Positions 1 to 7,696 of a DNA stretch of 64,000 bases are shown here, piece by piece. The position numbers and the translations under genes are program-made. Where the stretch lies: positions 4,103 to 68,102 of the forward strand of contig JAJYXT010000078.1 of NCBI GenBank assembly GCA_021801645.1, given 5' to 3'. Origin of the DNA: a bacterium. GTDB taxonomy: Bacteria; Chloroflexota; Dormibacteria; Aeolococcales; Bog-877. The stretch's first letter is position 1. Every line of letters starts with the position of its first letter. The notes beneath the pieces were generated by a model. That model did no database searches. It was not told the origin of the DNA and was given only the letters and a program-made list of their open reading frames with translations.

Positions 1-1200
1 CAACTCGTCCCGCCTCACCCTGGTGAACCGCTCATCCATCCACTCAACAGCCGTCACCTCCGCCCCCAGGCGGCGTACGCTGCGCGCCACGTCCATGGCC
101 GTGTTGCCGCCACCGACGACCAGGACCCGCGCTCCCGGCCCCAGCTCGGGCAACGTGGCCCCCGACTCCAGGGCCCGCTTCGCCCGCCAGAGAAAGGCGG
201 TGGCGTCCTCGACTCCAGAGAGCTCCCTGCCCGGCACCGGGGGGATCAGCGGAATGCTCGCCCCGTGGGCGAGGAGGAGCGCGTCGTGCTCCTCCAGCAG
301 CTGGGCGAGGCTGACGTCGCTGCCCACCGAGCAACCGGTCTTGAGCCGCAGACCCGCCTCCTGGAGGGCCAGCACCGGACGGCGCGCGACCTCGGCGGGG
401 AGGGTGAAGTCGGGGATGCCCCATCTCGGGACCCCGCCCGGCTCGTCGTCCTTCTCGTACATGGTCACCCGGGCGCCCGCTTCCAGCAGCTCCCAGGCCG
501 CGGCGCAGCCGGCTGGCCCTGAGCCCACCACCGCCACCTTGAGCGGGGTCGAGGCGGGAGTTGCCACCTGGGGAGGGGGCACAGGCGCTCGCTCGGTGAC
601 GAACCTCTCCAGCAGCCCTATCGCCACCGGCTCCCCACCCGCCAGCGCCCAGGTGCAGGCTCCCTCGCACTGGACGCTCTGGTCACAGACCCGGCTGCAG
701 ATGTCCGGGAGGACCGAGGTCTCGCGCAGGACGGCGTGCGCCCCCTGAAGGTCACGTTCCCGAATAGCGGCGATGAATCGGGGTATGTCGTTGTGGGCCG
801 GGCAGCCCTCGAGGCAGGTCGGATCAGGGCAGGCGAGGCACCGATCGGCCTCGCGCAGGGCGTCCTTCCAGGTGCTGAACCCGCGCCTCACCTCGGTGGT
901 GTTGCCGCGGAGGCGGCTGGGATACAGGGTGAGCGACACGTGCCGCGGCCCGACCACCGTCGGCCCCTTCACCGAGATGGCGGAGTAGGGGCACACCCGC
1001 TGGCACTGCCGACAGCCGACACAGAGGAGGTCGTCGGCTCGGGCGATCCACCGCTCCTGGTCCAACCCGAGCGCCCCGGTGGGGCAGCGCACGACGCACT
1101 CCTGGCAGCCGACACAGCGCTCGCTGTCCACCCGCACCTCGGCGTGCCGGGCCTGAGCTGTCAGCGCGGACCCGATTCCCTCGCGGAGATCGACACTCAT
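1..1200 (-). CDS. Fe-S/flavin oxidoreductase. An N-terminal 2x[4Fe-4S] ferredoxin domain is fused to a GltD-like (glutamate synthase small-subunit family) NAD(P)H oxidoreductase. The 3' end runs off the window.
   Basis: Not in the ORF track because there is no stop in the window. Hand translation of the minus strand from the ATG at 1200 gives MSVDLREGIGS. It contains the ferredoxin motifs CVGCQECVVRCP and CVGCRQCQRVCP, then CLACPDPTCLEGCP. Dinucleotide-binding folds KVAVVGSGPAGCAAAWEL and VLVVGGGNTAMDVARS follow. The frame stays open to base 1. Confidence 0.8.
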   Translation of the reverse strand, partial: MSVDLREGIGSALTAQARHAEVRVDSERCVGCQECVVRCPTGALGLDQERWIARADDLLCVGCRQCQRVCPYSAISVKGPTVVGPRHVSLTLYPSRLRGNTTEVRRGFSTWKDALREADRCLACPDPTCLEGCPAHNDIPRFIAAIRERDLQGAHAVLRETSVLPDICSRVCDQSVQCEGACTWALAGGEPVAIGLLERFVTERAPVPPPQVATPASTPLKVAVVGSGPAGCAAAWELLEAGARVTMYEKDDEPGGVPRWGIPDFTLPAEVARRPVLALQEAGLRLKTGCSVGSDVSLAQLLEEHDALLLAHGASIPLIPPVPGRELSGVEDATAFLWRAKRALESGATLPELGPGARVLVVGGGNTAMDVARSVRRLGAEVTAVEWMDERFTRVRRDEL

Positions 1201-1231
1201 CTGGGGCTCCCCCACACCGTGCCTGCGGGCG

Positions 1232-2782
1232 TCACTGGATTCCACCCATGGCCACGTAGAGGGCCGCCACACCGATGCCGGCAACCACCACCGCGGAGGT
1301 GCCGATCAGCCTCAGGCTCGCCAATCGGGAGGTGAGGGGCGCCAGATCACGGCCCGAGATCTTCCAGGTGGCGTAGGCGGCGCCCAGGGTGCCGATGGCG
1401 GTGACCACCACCTGGCTGATGACCACCCCCTGCGGGGTGAGGAGGTGCAGGTTGTAGAGGGAGGAGTGGGCCGTGCCGAAGAGGTTCCAGCCGAAGCCGA
1501 ATGGATCCGAGATGGCGGGGACGATCCGGGGCGCGTGGTACCAGAACCTCGGCAACTGGCGGGCCAGGTAGTCGGCCGCCATGAGGGGGATGAAGCCGTA
1601 GGCGAGAGGAGCGAACCAGCTGGTGAAGGAGCCCGCTCTTCCCGGCACGCGGCGCAGGGACCTGACCAGGGCGACGCTGCGCTTGGCCAAAAGCTCCCTC
1701 ACGCCGAAGGCGTACGCGGCCACCAAGAGGGCGACCAAGCCGATGATCGCCAGGTAGTCGACCGGGTTGGGGTAGCCGGGGAAGCCGGTGTGGAGGTTGA
1801 GCCAGCGGTCCAGCGGTGCGTAGAAGGGCAGCGCGTTGACCTGCTGGAAGATCACCAGCCCGAACAGGATGGCCACCGCCCAGGCCACATCGACCCGGCG
1901 GCGGACGGGCGCCACGACTGAGGTGAGCGGCTTCTGGACATACACACCGACGTTGTCGTACGGGCAGTTCTTGATGCACTCGGTGCACAGCCCGCACATC
2001 AGGTTGGAGGTGGCGCTGCCCGGCCACTCGTACCAGGGGCAGGGGTAGCCCCGCTCGCTGCCCCGCATGCAATCCTTGGTGGGGCAGGTCAGGCAGCGCT
2101 CCCGGTCGCGGGTGCGCATCCCGGCCACCATCCCGGTAGATCCCACGGTCCCGATCAGGGCCGTGAGCGGGCAGAGGTAGCGGCAGAAGGTGCGCCTCTC
2201 GAAGAGAAGGAAGGTGATGAGCGCCGAGCCGATCACGAAGAAGACCAGGAAGCTGGTGAACCGGGGATCGCCGGGACCGGCGATGTTGAAGTACTCCTCG
2301 AACCAGGTGAGGCCGAGGAACATGGCCACCGATGGCAGCAGCGCCCACTTGGTGAGCCACTCTGGCCAGCGCATGTGGAGGCCGATGGAGATGGCGTGGC
2401 GCTTCCAGAAGGTGTGGCGCTGCACCCACTCGGCGAAGCCGCCGAAGGGACACATGACGCACCAGCCGCGGCCGATCCCCACCATGAGCAGGAACACGGC
2501 GCAGAACCAGATGTACCAGGTGATCACGGTGGCGAAGTTGTGGGTGGGCGCCAGGATGCCCACCAAGCCGGTCACGATCACCAGCCAGAAGATGATCTGG
2601 TTGGGCAGGATAAGCATGAACTGGAAGGGGCGGCTGCGCAGCAGCCGCCGCACCCTGGGATCGCGGGAGATGTCGATCTGAGGATCGGTCGGCCCGAAGT
2701 GAGCATCCAGCCCCGCGCGGGAGGGCTGGCGCACCCGGGTGGGCAGGTCGCGGACCGGAAGTTCCTTTAGCGGCAGGGCCAT
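1232..2782 (-). CDS. NapH/MauN-like integral-membrane polyferredoxin (4Fe-4S-binding membrane protein)
   Basis: ORF 1232..2872. Many hydrophobic segments plus Cys clusters CVMCPFG, CRYLCPL, CLTCPTKDC, CGLCTECIKNCP. I prefer the ATG at 2782 (MALPLKELPV) because AGGAGG lies about 12 nt upstream. A 31-nt gap separates it from the downstream oxidoreductase gene. Confidence 0.8.
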   Translation of the reverse strand: MALPLKELPVRDLPTRVRQPSRAGLDAHFGPTDPQIDISRDPRVRRLLRSRPFQFMLILPNQIIFWLVIVTGLVGILAPTHNFATVITWYIWFCAVFLLMVGIGRGWCVMCPFGGFAEWVQRHTFWKRHAISIGLHMRWPEWLTKWALLPSVAMFLGLTWFEEYFNIAGPGDPRFTSFLVFFVIGSALITFLLFERRTFCRYLCPLTALIGTVGSTGMVAGMRTRDRERCLTCPTKDCMRGSERGYPCPWYEWPGSATSNLMCGLCTECIKNCPYDNVGVYVQKPLTSVVAPVRRRVDVAWAVAILFGLVIFQQVNALPFYAPLDRWLNLHTGFPGYPNPVDYLAIIGLVALLVAAYAFGVRELLAKRSVALVRSLRRVPGRAGSFTSWFAPLAYGFIPLMAADYLARQLPRFWYHAPRIVPAISDPFGFGWNLFGTAHSSLYNLHLLTPQGVVISQVVVTAIGTLGAAYATWKISGRDLAPLTSRLASLRLIGTSAVVVAGIGVAALYVAMGGIQ

Positions 2783-2860
2783 TGTGGGATGCACCTCCTG
2801 TGGCACTCGAGGGATTCCACTAGTGACGGTAGGCGTTACCGCCCGGAAGCGGCAGGGCCT

Positions 2861-2885
2861 AAGGTCCCGCAAATTTCGGGACCTT
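2861..2885. promoter_or_regulatory. Perfect inverted repeat AAGGTCCCG-N7-CGGGACCTT in a divergent promoter region; candidate LuxR/DosR-type operator
   Basis: Read directly: aaggtcccg caaattt cgggacctt, with 9-bp perfect arms. It lies between divergent gene starts at 2782 (-) and 2917 (+). It contains GGGAC/GTCCC half-sites. Confidence 0.45.
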
Positions 2886-2916
2886 TGGCCTCGCTGCTAC
2901 AGTTCTGCTCTGTCCA

Positions 2917-4527
2917 GTGGCCAGCGCCAGCCCCGATCGCCGTGACCTGCTGCTGGAGGCGGGCCTGGCGCTCACCTCCGAGCTCTCCCTGTCGTCGCTG
3001 CTGCGACGGATCGTGGAGCTCGCCTGCCAGCTCACCCAAGCCAGGTACGGGGCACTCGGTGTCCTCGGCCCGGGTGGCGGTATCTCTCAGTTCATCACCC
3101 ACGGACTGAGCGCCGGCGAGCGACGCCGGATCGGCAGCCCCCCAAAGGGCGTGGGGATCCTCGGTGCCCTGCTCCGGCCCGGGCCACCACTTCGCCTGGA
3201 GGACCTCGGCGCAGACCAGAGGTCAGTGGGATTCCCGCCCCACCACCCGCCCATGAGGACCCTCCTCGGAGCGCCGGTGGTGGTCCGCCGGACCGTCTTC
3301 GGCAGCATCTACCTCACCGAGAAGCGGGGTGGGCTTCCGTTCTCCGCGGAGGACCAGCGGGCCCTGGAGGTGCTCGCCGGTCAGGCGGCGGTCGCCATCG
3401 CCAACGCCACCCTCTACGAGCGGGCGGTGGCCCGCCAGCGCTGGCTGGGAGCTCTACAGGAGGTGGCTCAGGCCACCCTCGCCGGTCGAGAGCTGTCCGG
3501 TGTCCTGGGGCTGGTTGCCGCGCACAGCCGGGAGCTGGTCGGCGGAGGAGCCGCCCTTGTGGTGCGCGCGAACGGGGGGATGCGCCCGGGGCATGAGGTG
3601 CTGGCCGCGGCCGGTACGGGTGCCCGGACCATCACCCGGAGGCTGGGCGCCGACCCCCGGGATCCGGTCGTGCGCGCGATGCGCCGCGGCCGCCAGCTGC
3701 TGATCCAGCTCCCCACCAGTAGCCGGAACGGCTCGGGCCCGGGAGCGGCGCCGCTGGCGGTCCTGCCCTTCGGGGAAGGAGGCCCGAGCCGAGGAGCGCT
3801 GCTGGCCCTGGGGCCGGCCGGCGCCCCGGTGCCGGAATTGGAAGTCGTCGAAATGCTCGCTGCGCTGGCGGCCCAGTGCGCCGTTGCGTTGGAGTTCCAG
3901 CAAAGCCAGCTGGAGCGGCAGCGGCTGGCCCTGCTGGACGAGCGGGAGAGGATCGCCAGGGAGCTCCACGATGGTGTCATCCAGTCCCTGTTCGCCGTCG
4001 GAATGGGATTGCAGGCCGTGGCTCCTGCCGCCGACGAGGTCACCCGCCAGCGGCTCGAACGGGCGGTTCTGGAGCTCGACCAGGTGATCGGCGACCTGCG
4101 CCAGTACATCTTCGGACTCCGCCCTGGAATCCTGGGCTCCAGCCGCCTGGGCGAGGCGCTGCGTCGCCTGGGGGCGGATTTCCAGGATCGGTGCGGAGTC
4201 CGCACCGTGGTGGAGGTGGACGGGGAGGTGGAGGAGCGGCTCGGCGCGCAGGCAGGCGAGCTGCTCCAGCTGGCCAGAGAGGCACTGTCCAACATCGGCC
4301 GTCATGCCCAGGCCACCAGCTGCCGGGTGCAGGTCCGGGCAGGAGCGAGGTCCACGGTGGTCACCATCAGCGACGATGGCCGGGGGTTCACTGTCCGCAG
4401 GGCAAGGGGTCGTGGTCAGGGGTTGCAGAACATGCGGGATCGGGCTCGAGGCGTCGGGGGCAGGCTGGCGATCACCTCCGCCCCCGGTCAGGGCGCCCGC
4501 CTGCGGCTGGTGGTGCCCCATGGCTGA
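2917..4527 (+). CDS. GAF-domain sensor histidine kinase (GAF-GAF-HisKA_3-HATPase, DevS/DosS-like architecture)
   Basis: ORF 2917..4527 with a GTG start. Two GAF-like regions. H-box ERERIARELHDGVIQSLF. ATPase motifs DDGRGF and GQGLQNMRDRA. Confidence 0.85.
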   Translation: MASASPDRRDLLLEAGLALTSELSLSSLLRRIVELACQLTQARYGALGVLGPGGGISQFITHGLSAGERRRIGSPPKGVGILGALLRPGPPLRLEDLGADQRSVGFPPHHPPMRTLLGAPVVVRRTVFGSIYLTEKRGGLPFSAEDQRALEVLAGQAAVAIANATLYERAVARQRWLGALQEVAQATLAGRELSGVLGLVAAHSRELVGGGAALVVRANGGMRPGHEVLAAAGTGARTITRRLGADPRDPVVRAMRRGRQLLIQLPTSSRNGSGPGAAPLAVLPFGEGGPSRGALLALGPAGAPVPELEVVEMLAALAAQCAVALEFQQSQLERQRLALLDERERIARELHDGVIQSLFAVGMGLQAVAPAADEVTRQRLERAVLELDQVIGDLRQYIFGLRPGILGSSRLGEALRRLGADFQDRCGVRTVVEVDGEVEERLGAQAGELLQLAREALSNIGRHAQATSCRVQVRAGARSTVVTISDDGRGFTVRRARGRGQGLQNMRDRARGVGGRLAITSAPGQGARLRLVVPHG

Positions 4528-5188
4528 GCAACCGGGTCCCGGCCGGTTGCGGGTGATGCTGGTGGACGACCACGAGCTGGTCCGCGACGGCCTCCGCGCC
4601 GTCCTCGGCGCCACAGGGGAGTTCGACATCGTCGCCGAGGCCGGGGACGAGGCAGGGGCGATCCGAGAGGCCGAGCGCACCAGCCCCGACGTCGTTCTCA
4701 TGGACGTGCGCCTGGGCTCGGGGAGTGGGATTGAGGCGACCCGGGAGATAAGGGCCCGGAGGCCGGACACGAAGGTGCTCATGCTCACCTCCTTCGCGGA
4801 CGACGAGGCGCTGTTCGCCTCGATCATGGCTGGCGCAGCTGGATATCTCCTGAAGCAGATCCGCGGCGGGGAGATCGTGGCCGCGGTTCGAGCCATCGGA
4901 GCGGGAGGAAGCCTGCTGGACCCGGCCCTCACGCGCACGGTCCTGGACCAGTGGCGAGACGCCAGAAGCCGGCTCCGCGACGAGCGGCTGGCGCGGCTCT
5001 CGGCCCAGGAGGAACGCATCCTGACCCGAGTGGCCGCCGGGCGGACCAACCGGGAGATCGCCGCCGAGCTGCACCTGGCCGAGAAGACCGTCAAGAACTA
5101 CGTGTCCACCATCCTGGACAAGCTGGAGGTGGCCAGGCGAGCCGAGGCCGCCGCCTATCTGGCACGGCACGGTCGGCCGCCCGCCTGA
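4520..5188 (+). CDS. NarL/LuxR-family response regulator (REC + LuxR HTH)
   Basis: In frame inside ORF 4304..5188. The ATG at 4520 overlaps the kinase stop (ATGGCTGA). Receiver sequence RVMLVDDHELVRDGL...VVLMDVRL. HTH sequence LSAQEERILTRVAAGRTNREIAAELHLAEKTVKNYVSTI. Confidence 0.9.
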   Translation: MAEQPGPGRLRVMLVDDHELVRDGLRAVLGATGEFDIVAEAGDEAGAIREAERTSPDVVLMDVRLGSGSGIEATREIRARRPDTKVLMLTSFADDEALFASIMAGAAGYLLKQIRGGEIVAAVRAIGAGGSLLDPALTRTVLDQWRDARSRLRDERLARLSAQEERILTRVAAGRTNREIAAELHLAEKTVKNYVSTILDKLEVARRAEAAAYLARHGRPPA

Positions 5189-5274
5189 CCGTCTCCTGTG
5201 GCGCGGGCCGGAGAGCGCGGCATCGCGAGCTGGCCCTGGGTCGCTCCGACCGGCGGCTGGCGCGGCTCCTCGCG

Positions 5275-5697
5275 TTACCGGATGGCGGCGGGCAGGGCCG
5301 CCGCGCTGCGGGCAGCGGAAACGCCGCGGTGCGGCTCCAAGACCTGGTCCATGATTCCGTACTCGACCGCCTCAGCGGCGGTGAGGAAGTAGTCCCGGTC
5401 GATGTCCCGCTCGACCTGGGCCAGAGGTCGACCGGAGTGATGGGCGATGATCTCCGCCATCCGCCGGGTGTTTGCCAGCACCTCGCGCAGCTGGATCTCC
5501 ATGTCACGGGGGGCTCCGCGAGTTCCCGCTGTGCCTTGGTGGATCATGATCTTGCTGCTCGGGAGCGCCATCCGCCGACCGGCCGCTCCGCCGCAGAGGA
5601 TCATCGCGGCGGCCGACATCCCCATGCCAATACAGGTGGTGGCCACCGGGCAGCTCACCTGCTGCATCGCGTCGTAGATGGCGAAGCCGGCGGAGGA
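5275..5697 (-). pseudogene. ClpP-family serine protease fragment: C-terminal ~140 aa with Ser/His/Asp motifs but no recognisable in-frame N-terminus
   Basis: C-terminal part of ORF 5275..6054. It reads SSAGFAIYDAMQQV...GMGMSAAAM (Ser)...IMIHQG (His)...DIDRDYFLTAAEAVEYGIMDQVL (Asp). Upstream of ~5697 the same frame becomes R/S/P/W-rich with GC2>GC1, which is non-coding in character. Confidence 0.6.
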
Positions 5698-5897
5698 CCT
5701 GGCCCGATTCCTGGATGCCGAGTTGCGAGACCAGCAGAGGTGGCTGGAGCAGGTGGCCCAGGCAACCGGGCGGCCGTTCGGACTGGTGGAGGCGGACCGC
5801 CGCGCCGCTCTCTCTCCCGCCGGAAGCGGCGCTTCGCTACCGGCTGATCGACGAGGTGGTCGGCTCCCCCATGTCCTCGACGGGCTCGGTGAAGTAA
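5684..5897 (+). pseudogene. Frameshifted remnant resembling the C-terminal ~65 aa of a different ClpP paralogue
   Basis: The plus frame from 5678 reads AEDLARFLDAELRDQQRWLEQVAQATGRPFGLVEADRR. After a frame change near 5805-5812 it reads PLSLPPEAALRYRLIDEVVGSP, then a stop at 5897. Compare the window's intact ClpP: [60 protein letters not shown]. Hand count over 42 codons: GC1 34, GC2 19, GC3 37, which is coding-like. Confidence 0.45.
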
Positions 5898-6241
5898 GGG
5901 TCCTCCGGCTCTCCCCCACCGACCGCCAATCGGGCCGGCGGGAGGTCGCTGGCGCGCTCCGCCAGGCCGAGGATCTGGTCGCCGATCCCCTGTTGGCGCA
6001 GCACATCCCATCCGGACTCGGGGTCCAGCGGGGTGGAGGCCACCACCTGGTCACCCTCGATGTGGACGTCCCAGCCCAGGTTCTCCAGCCGGCGCAGCAC
6101 CGGCGAGAGGATGGCGGCGCGATCGTGGATCTCCTTGGCGGCGGCCGCGATCCGTACCGAGACCGGCAGGTCCTCGGGAGTGGGCCGGTCGGGGAAGCCG
6201 AAGGAGTGCATCTCCACGTAGGTTTCCATGTGCCGGGACAT
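5837..6241 (-). CDS. Hypothetical acidic protein (134 aa), last gene of the bc/bd-like operon
   Basis: In frame within ORF 5837..6997. ATG at 6241 (MSRHMETYVEMHSFGFPDRP...) with GGGAGG about 11 nt upstream. Normal amino-acid composition. No family recognised. The last ~20 codons overlap the plus-strand clpP remnant. Confidence 0.55.
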   Translation of the reverse strand: MSRHMETYVEMHSFGFPDRPTPEDLPVSVRIAAAAKEIHDRAAILSPVLRRLENLGWDVHIEGDQVVASTPLDPESGWDVLRQQGIGDQILGLAERASDLPPARLAVGGGEPEDPYFTEPVEDMGEPTTSSISR

Positions 6242-6303
6242 TGGCTGCCGGGTCACCTCCCGGAGCTCCTCACCCGCCCGCCGGATCGGCCGGAACACGA
6301 GCC

Positions 6304-7695
6304 TCACGGACCGGACCTCGTGGGCGCCAGAACCCCCAGGTTGCTGGCTGGACCGTTGAGCGCCGGGCCGTTGGTGGAGGGCGGGGTGTAGTTCTGCTGC
6401 TGGTTGATGAGCATGTGGTTGGTGATGAGGAAGGGCCCCCGGCTGTCCTCCCGGATGTACCCCATCAGCGCCATGATGAGGGAGATCGCCACCCCCACGG
6501 TGATGAGGGATATGGCCTGGCCCCTCCCGGCATCCCCCCAGTGCAGCCTGCCCCGCGAGAGGTGGACGGCGTAGATGGTGATCGCGGTGATGGTCACCCC
6601 GGTGAAGACGATGAGGGCCGTGAGCTTCCAGGGGATCATCTGCCCCCAGGGGATCAGCAGCCCGCCCTGCCAGATGGGGACGTTGGCGTTGGCCGCGAAG
6701 ACGTTCTCGTAGCTCCAGGCCAGCGATGAAGGGGTGGAGATGAGCAGCCAGGCGGCGAAGGAGAGGGCGGTGCACACCGCCAGCGCCGGGGAGCGGAAGC
6801 CGCTGACCCTGACCCGCCGCCACAGATAGAAGATACCCACGGTGAAGATGGCCCCCAGGAGGAACACCTGGAAGAGGAAGGCCACCGACAGCCCGCCGAG
6901 CATCATGCTGTACCACGAGGCGTAGGCGTGGAGCTGGATCTCCTTGGCGTACTCCCACCCAACCAGCGGCTGGGCGATGGTGAACCCCACAGCCCACATC
7001 AGCCCGTAGTGGCCCATCCAGTCCAGGTAGGCGCGGTGCAGCTGATGACGTGAGCGCCAGAGGAGACGGATCCCGGCCACCAGGGCCACCATGGCCCCGG
7101 CGAAGGCGATGTTGCCCACGAATCGGTGGATCTCCAAAGGGATCTCCGTGGGGTTCATGAGGATGAGCGGCAGGTTGAAGGCTGGCCGGGGGGTGAGCAT
7201 GTAGGACGCCACCACGTTGATCAGAAGCATCTGGATGCTGGCGTTGATGAAGAGGAGGAGCTCCAGCCCCACCCGCAGCCCGCGCACCCTGCCCAGCAGC
7301 TCCCAGCGCGCGTACAGCGGATAGAGGCAGACGATCTCGCCCACGAAGGCGGCCGCCTCGGCGACGAAGGGCCAGAAGAGGATGCGCTCCAGGGTCACGA
7401 AGAAGTGGCTCCAGAGCCCGAGGAAGAGGATCATCACCGCGAAGATCGCCAGGGAGCCACCGATCGCGAAGGTCGCCCCCAGAACCGTGACCAGCCCCTT
7501 GGAGAAGCGGTCGTAGTGGGGGTTGCGCCGCTTCCAGCCCATGAAGTCGGTGACCGCCAGGATTATGTATCCGCCCTGCTGGAAGGCGGCGAACTGGACG
7601 TGGCCGAGCATCAGCAGGGCGACCAGGGCGGTCGCCACTCCGGTGGAGATCGGTACCGGGGTGAGGTGGGGGCTGGAGGCGAGGATCAGGTGCAT
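6304..7695 (-). CDS. CydA-like (cytochrome bd subunit I family, bd-like) polytopic membrane protein, copy A
   Basis: ORF 6304..7695. By-eye collinearity with E. coli CydA. LGHVQFAAF matches the His19 region. PFVAEAAAFVGEIVCLY matches PLAIEGLMAFFLES. EIHRFVGNIAFAGAMV matches the KFVHTVASGYVTGAMF His186 region. GYIREDSRGPFLI matches GWFVAEYGRQPWAI. The start is 1 nt after the cytochrome b stop. Confidence 0.7.
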   Translation of the reverse strand: MHLILASSPHLTPVPISTGVATALVALLMLGHVQFAAFQQGGYIILAVTDFMGWKRRNPHYDRFSKGLVTVLGATFAIGGSLAIFAVMILFLGLWSHFFVTLERILFWPFVAEAAAFVGEIVCLYPLYARWELLGRVRGLRVGLELLLFINASIQMLLINVVASYMLTPRPAFNLPLILMNPTEIPLEIHRFVGNIAFAGAMVALVAGIRLLWRSRHQLHRAYLDWMGHYGLMWAVGFTIAQPLVGWEYAKEIQLHAYASWYSMMLGGLSVAFLFQVFLLGAIFTVGIFYLWRRVRVSGFRSPALAVCTALSFAAWLLISTPSSLAWSYENVFAANANVPIWQGGLLIPWGQMIPWKLTALIVFTGVTITAITIYAVHLSRGRLHWGDAGRGQAISLITVGVAISLIMALMGYIREDSRGPFLITNHMLINQQQNYTPPSTNGPALNGPASNLGVLAPTRSGP

Positions 7696-7696
7696 A

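Noticed and set aside
3454-5094. 546-aa ORF on the minus strand opposite the GAF kinase and LuxR regulator
   Set aside because: The product is Arg/Ser/Pro/Ala-rich with no motifs. It is a typical antisense shadow ORF of a very GC-rich coding region. The plus-strand genes have clear kinase and receiver motifs.
5678-6391. 237-aa plus-strand ORF as a single real gene
   Set aside because: Only the first ~45 codons look coding and ClpP-like. Beyond ~5810 the frame loses G/C at third positions and is antisense to the well-behaved 134-aa minus-strand ORF.
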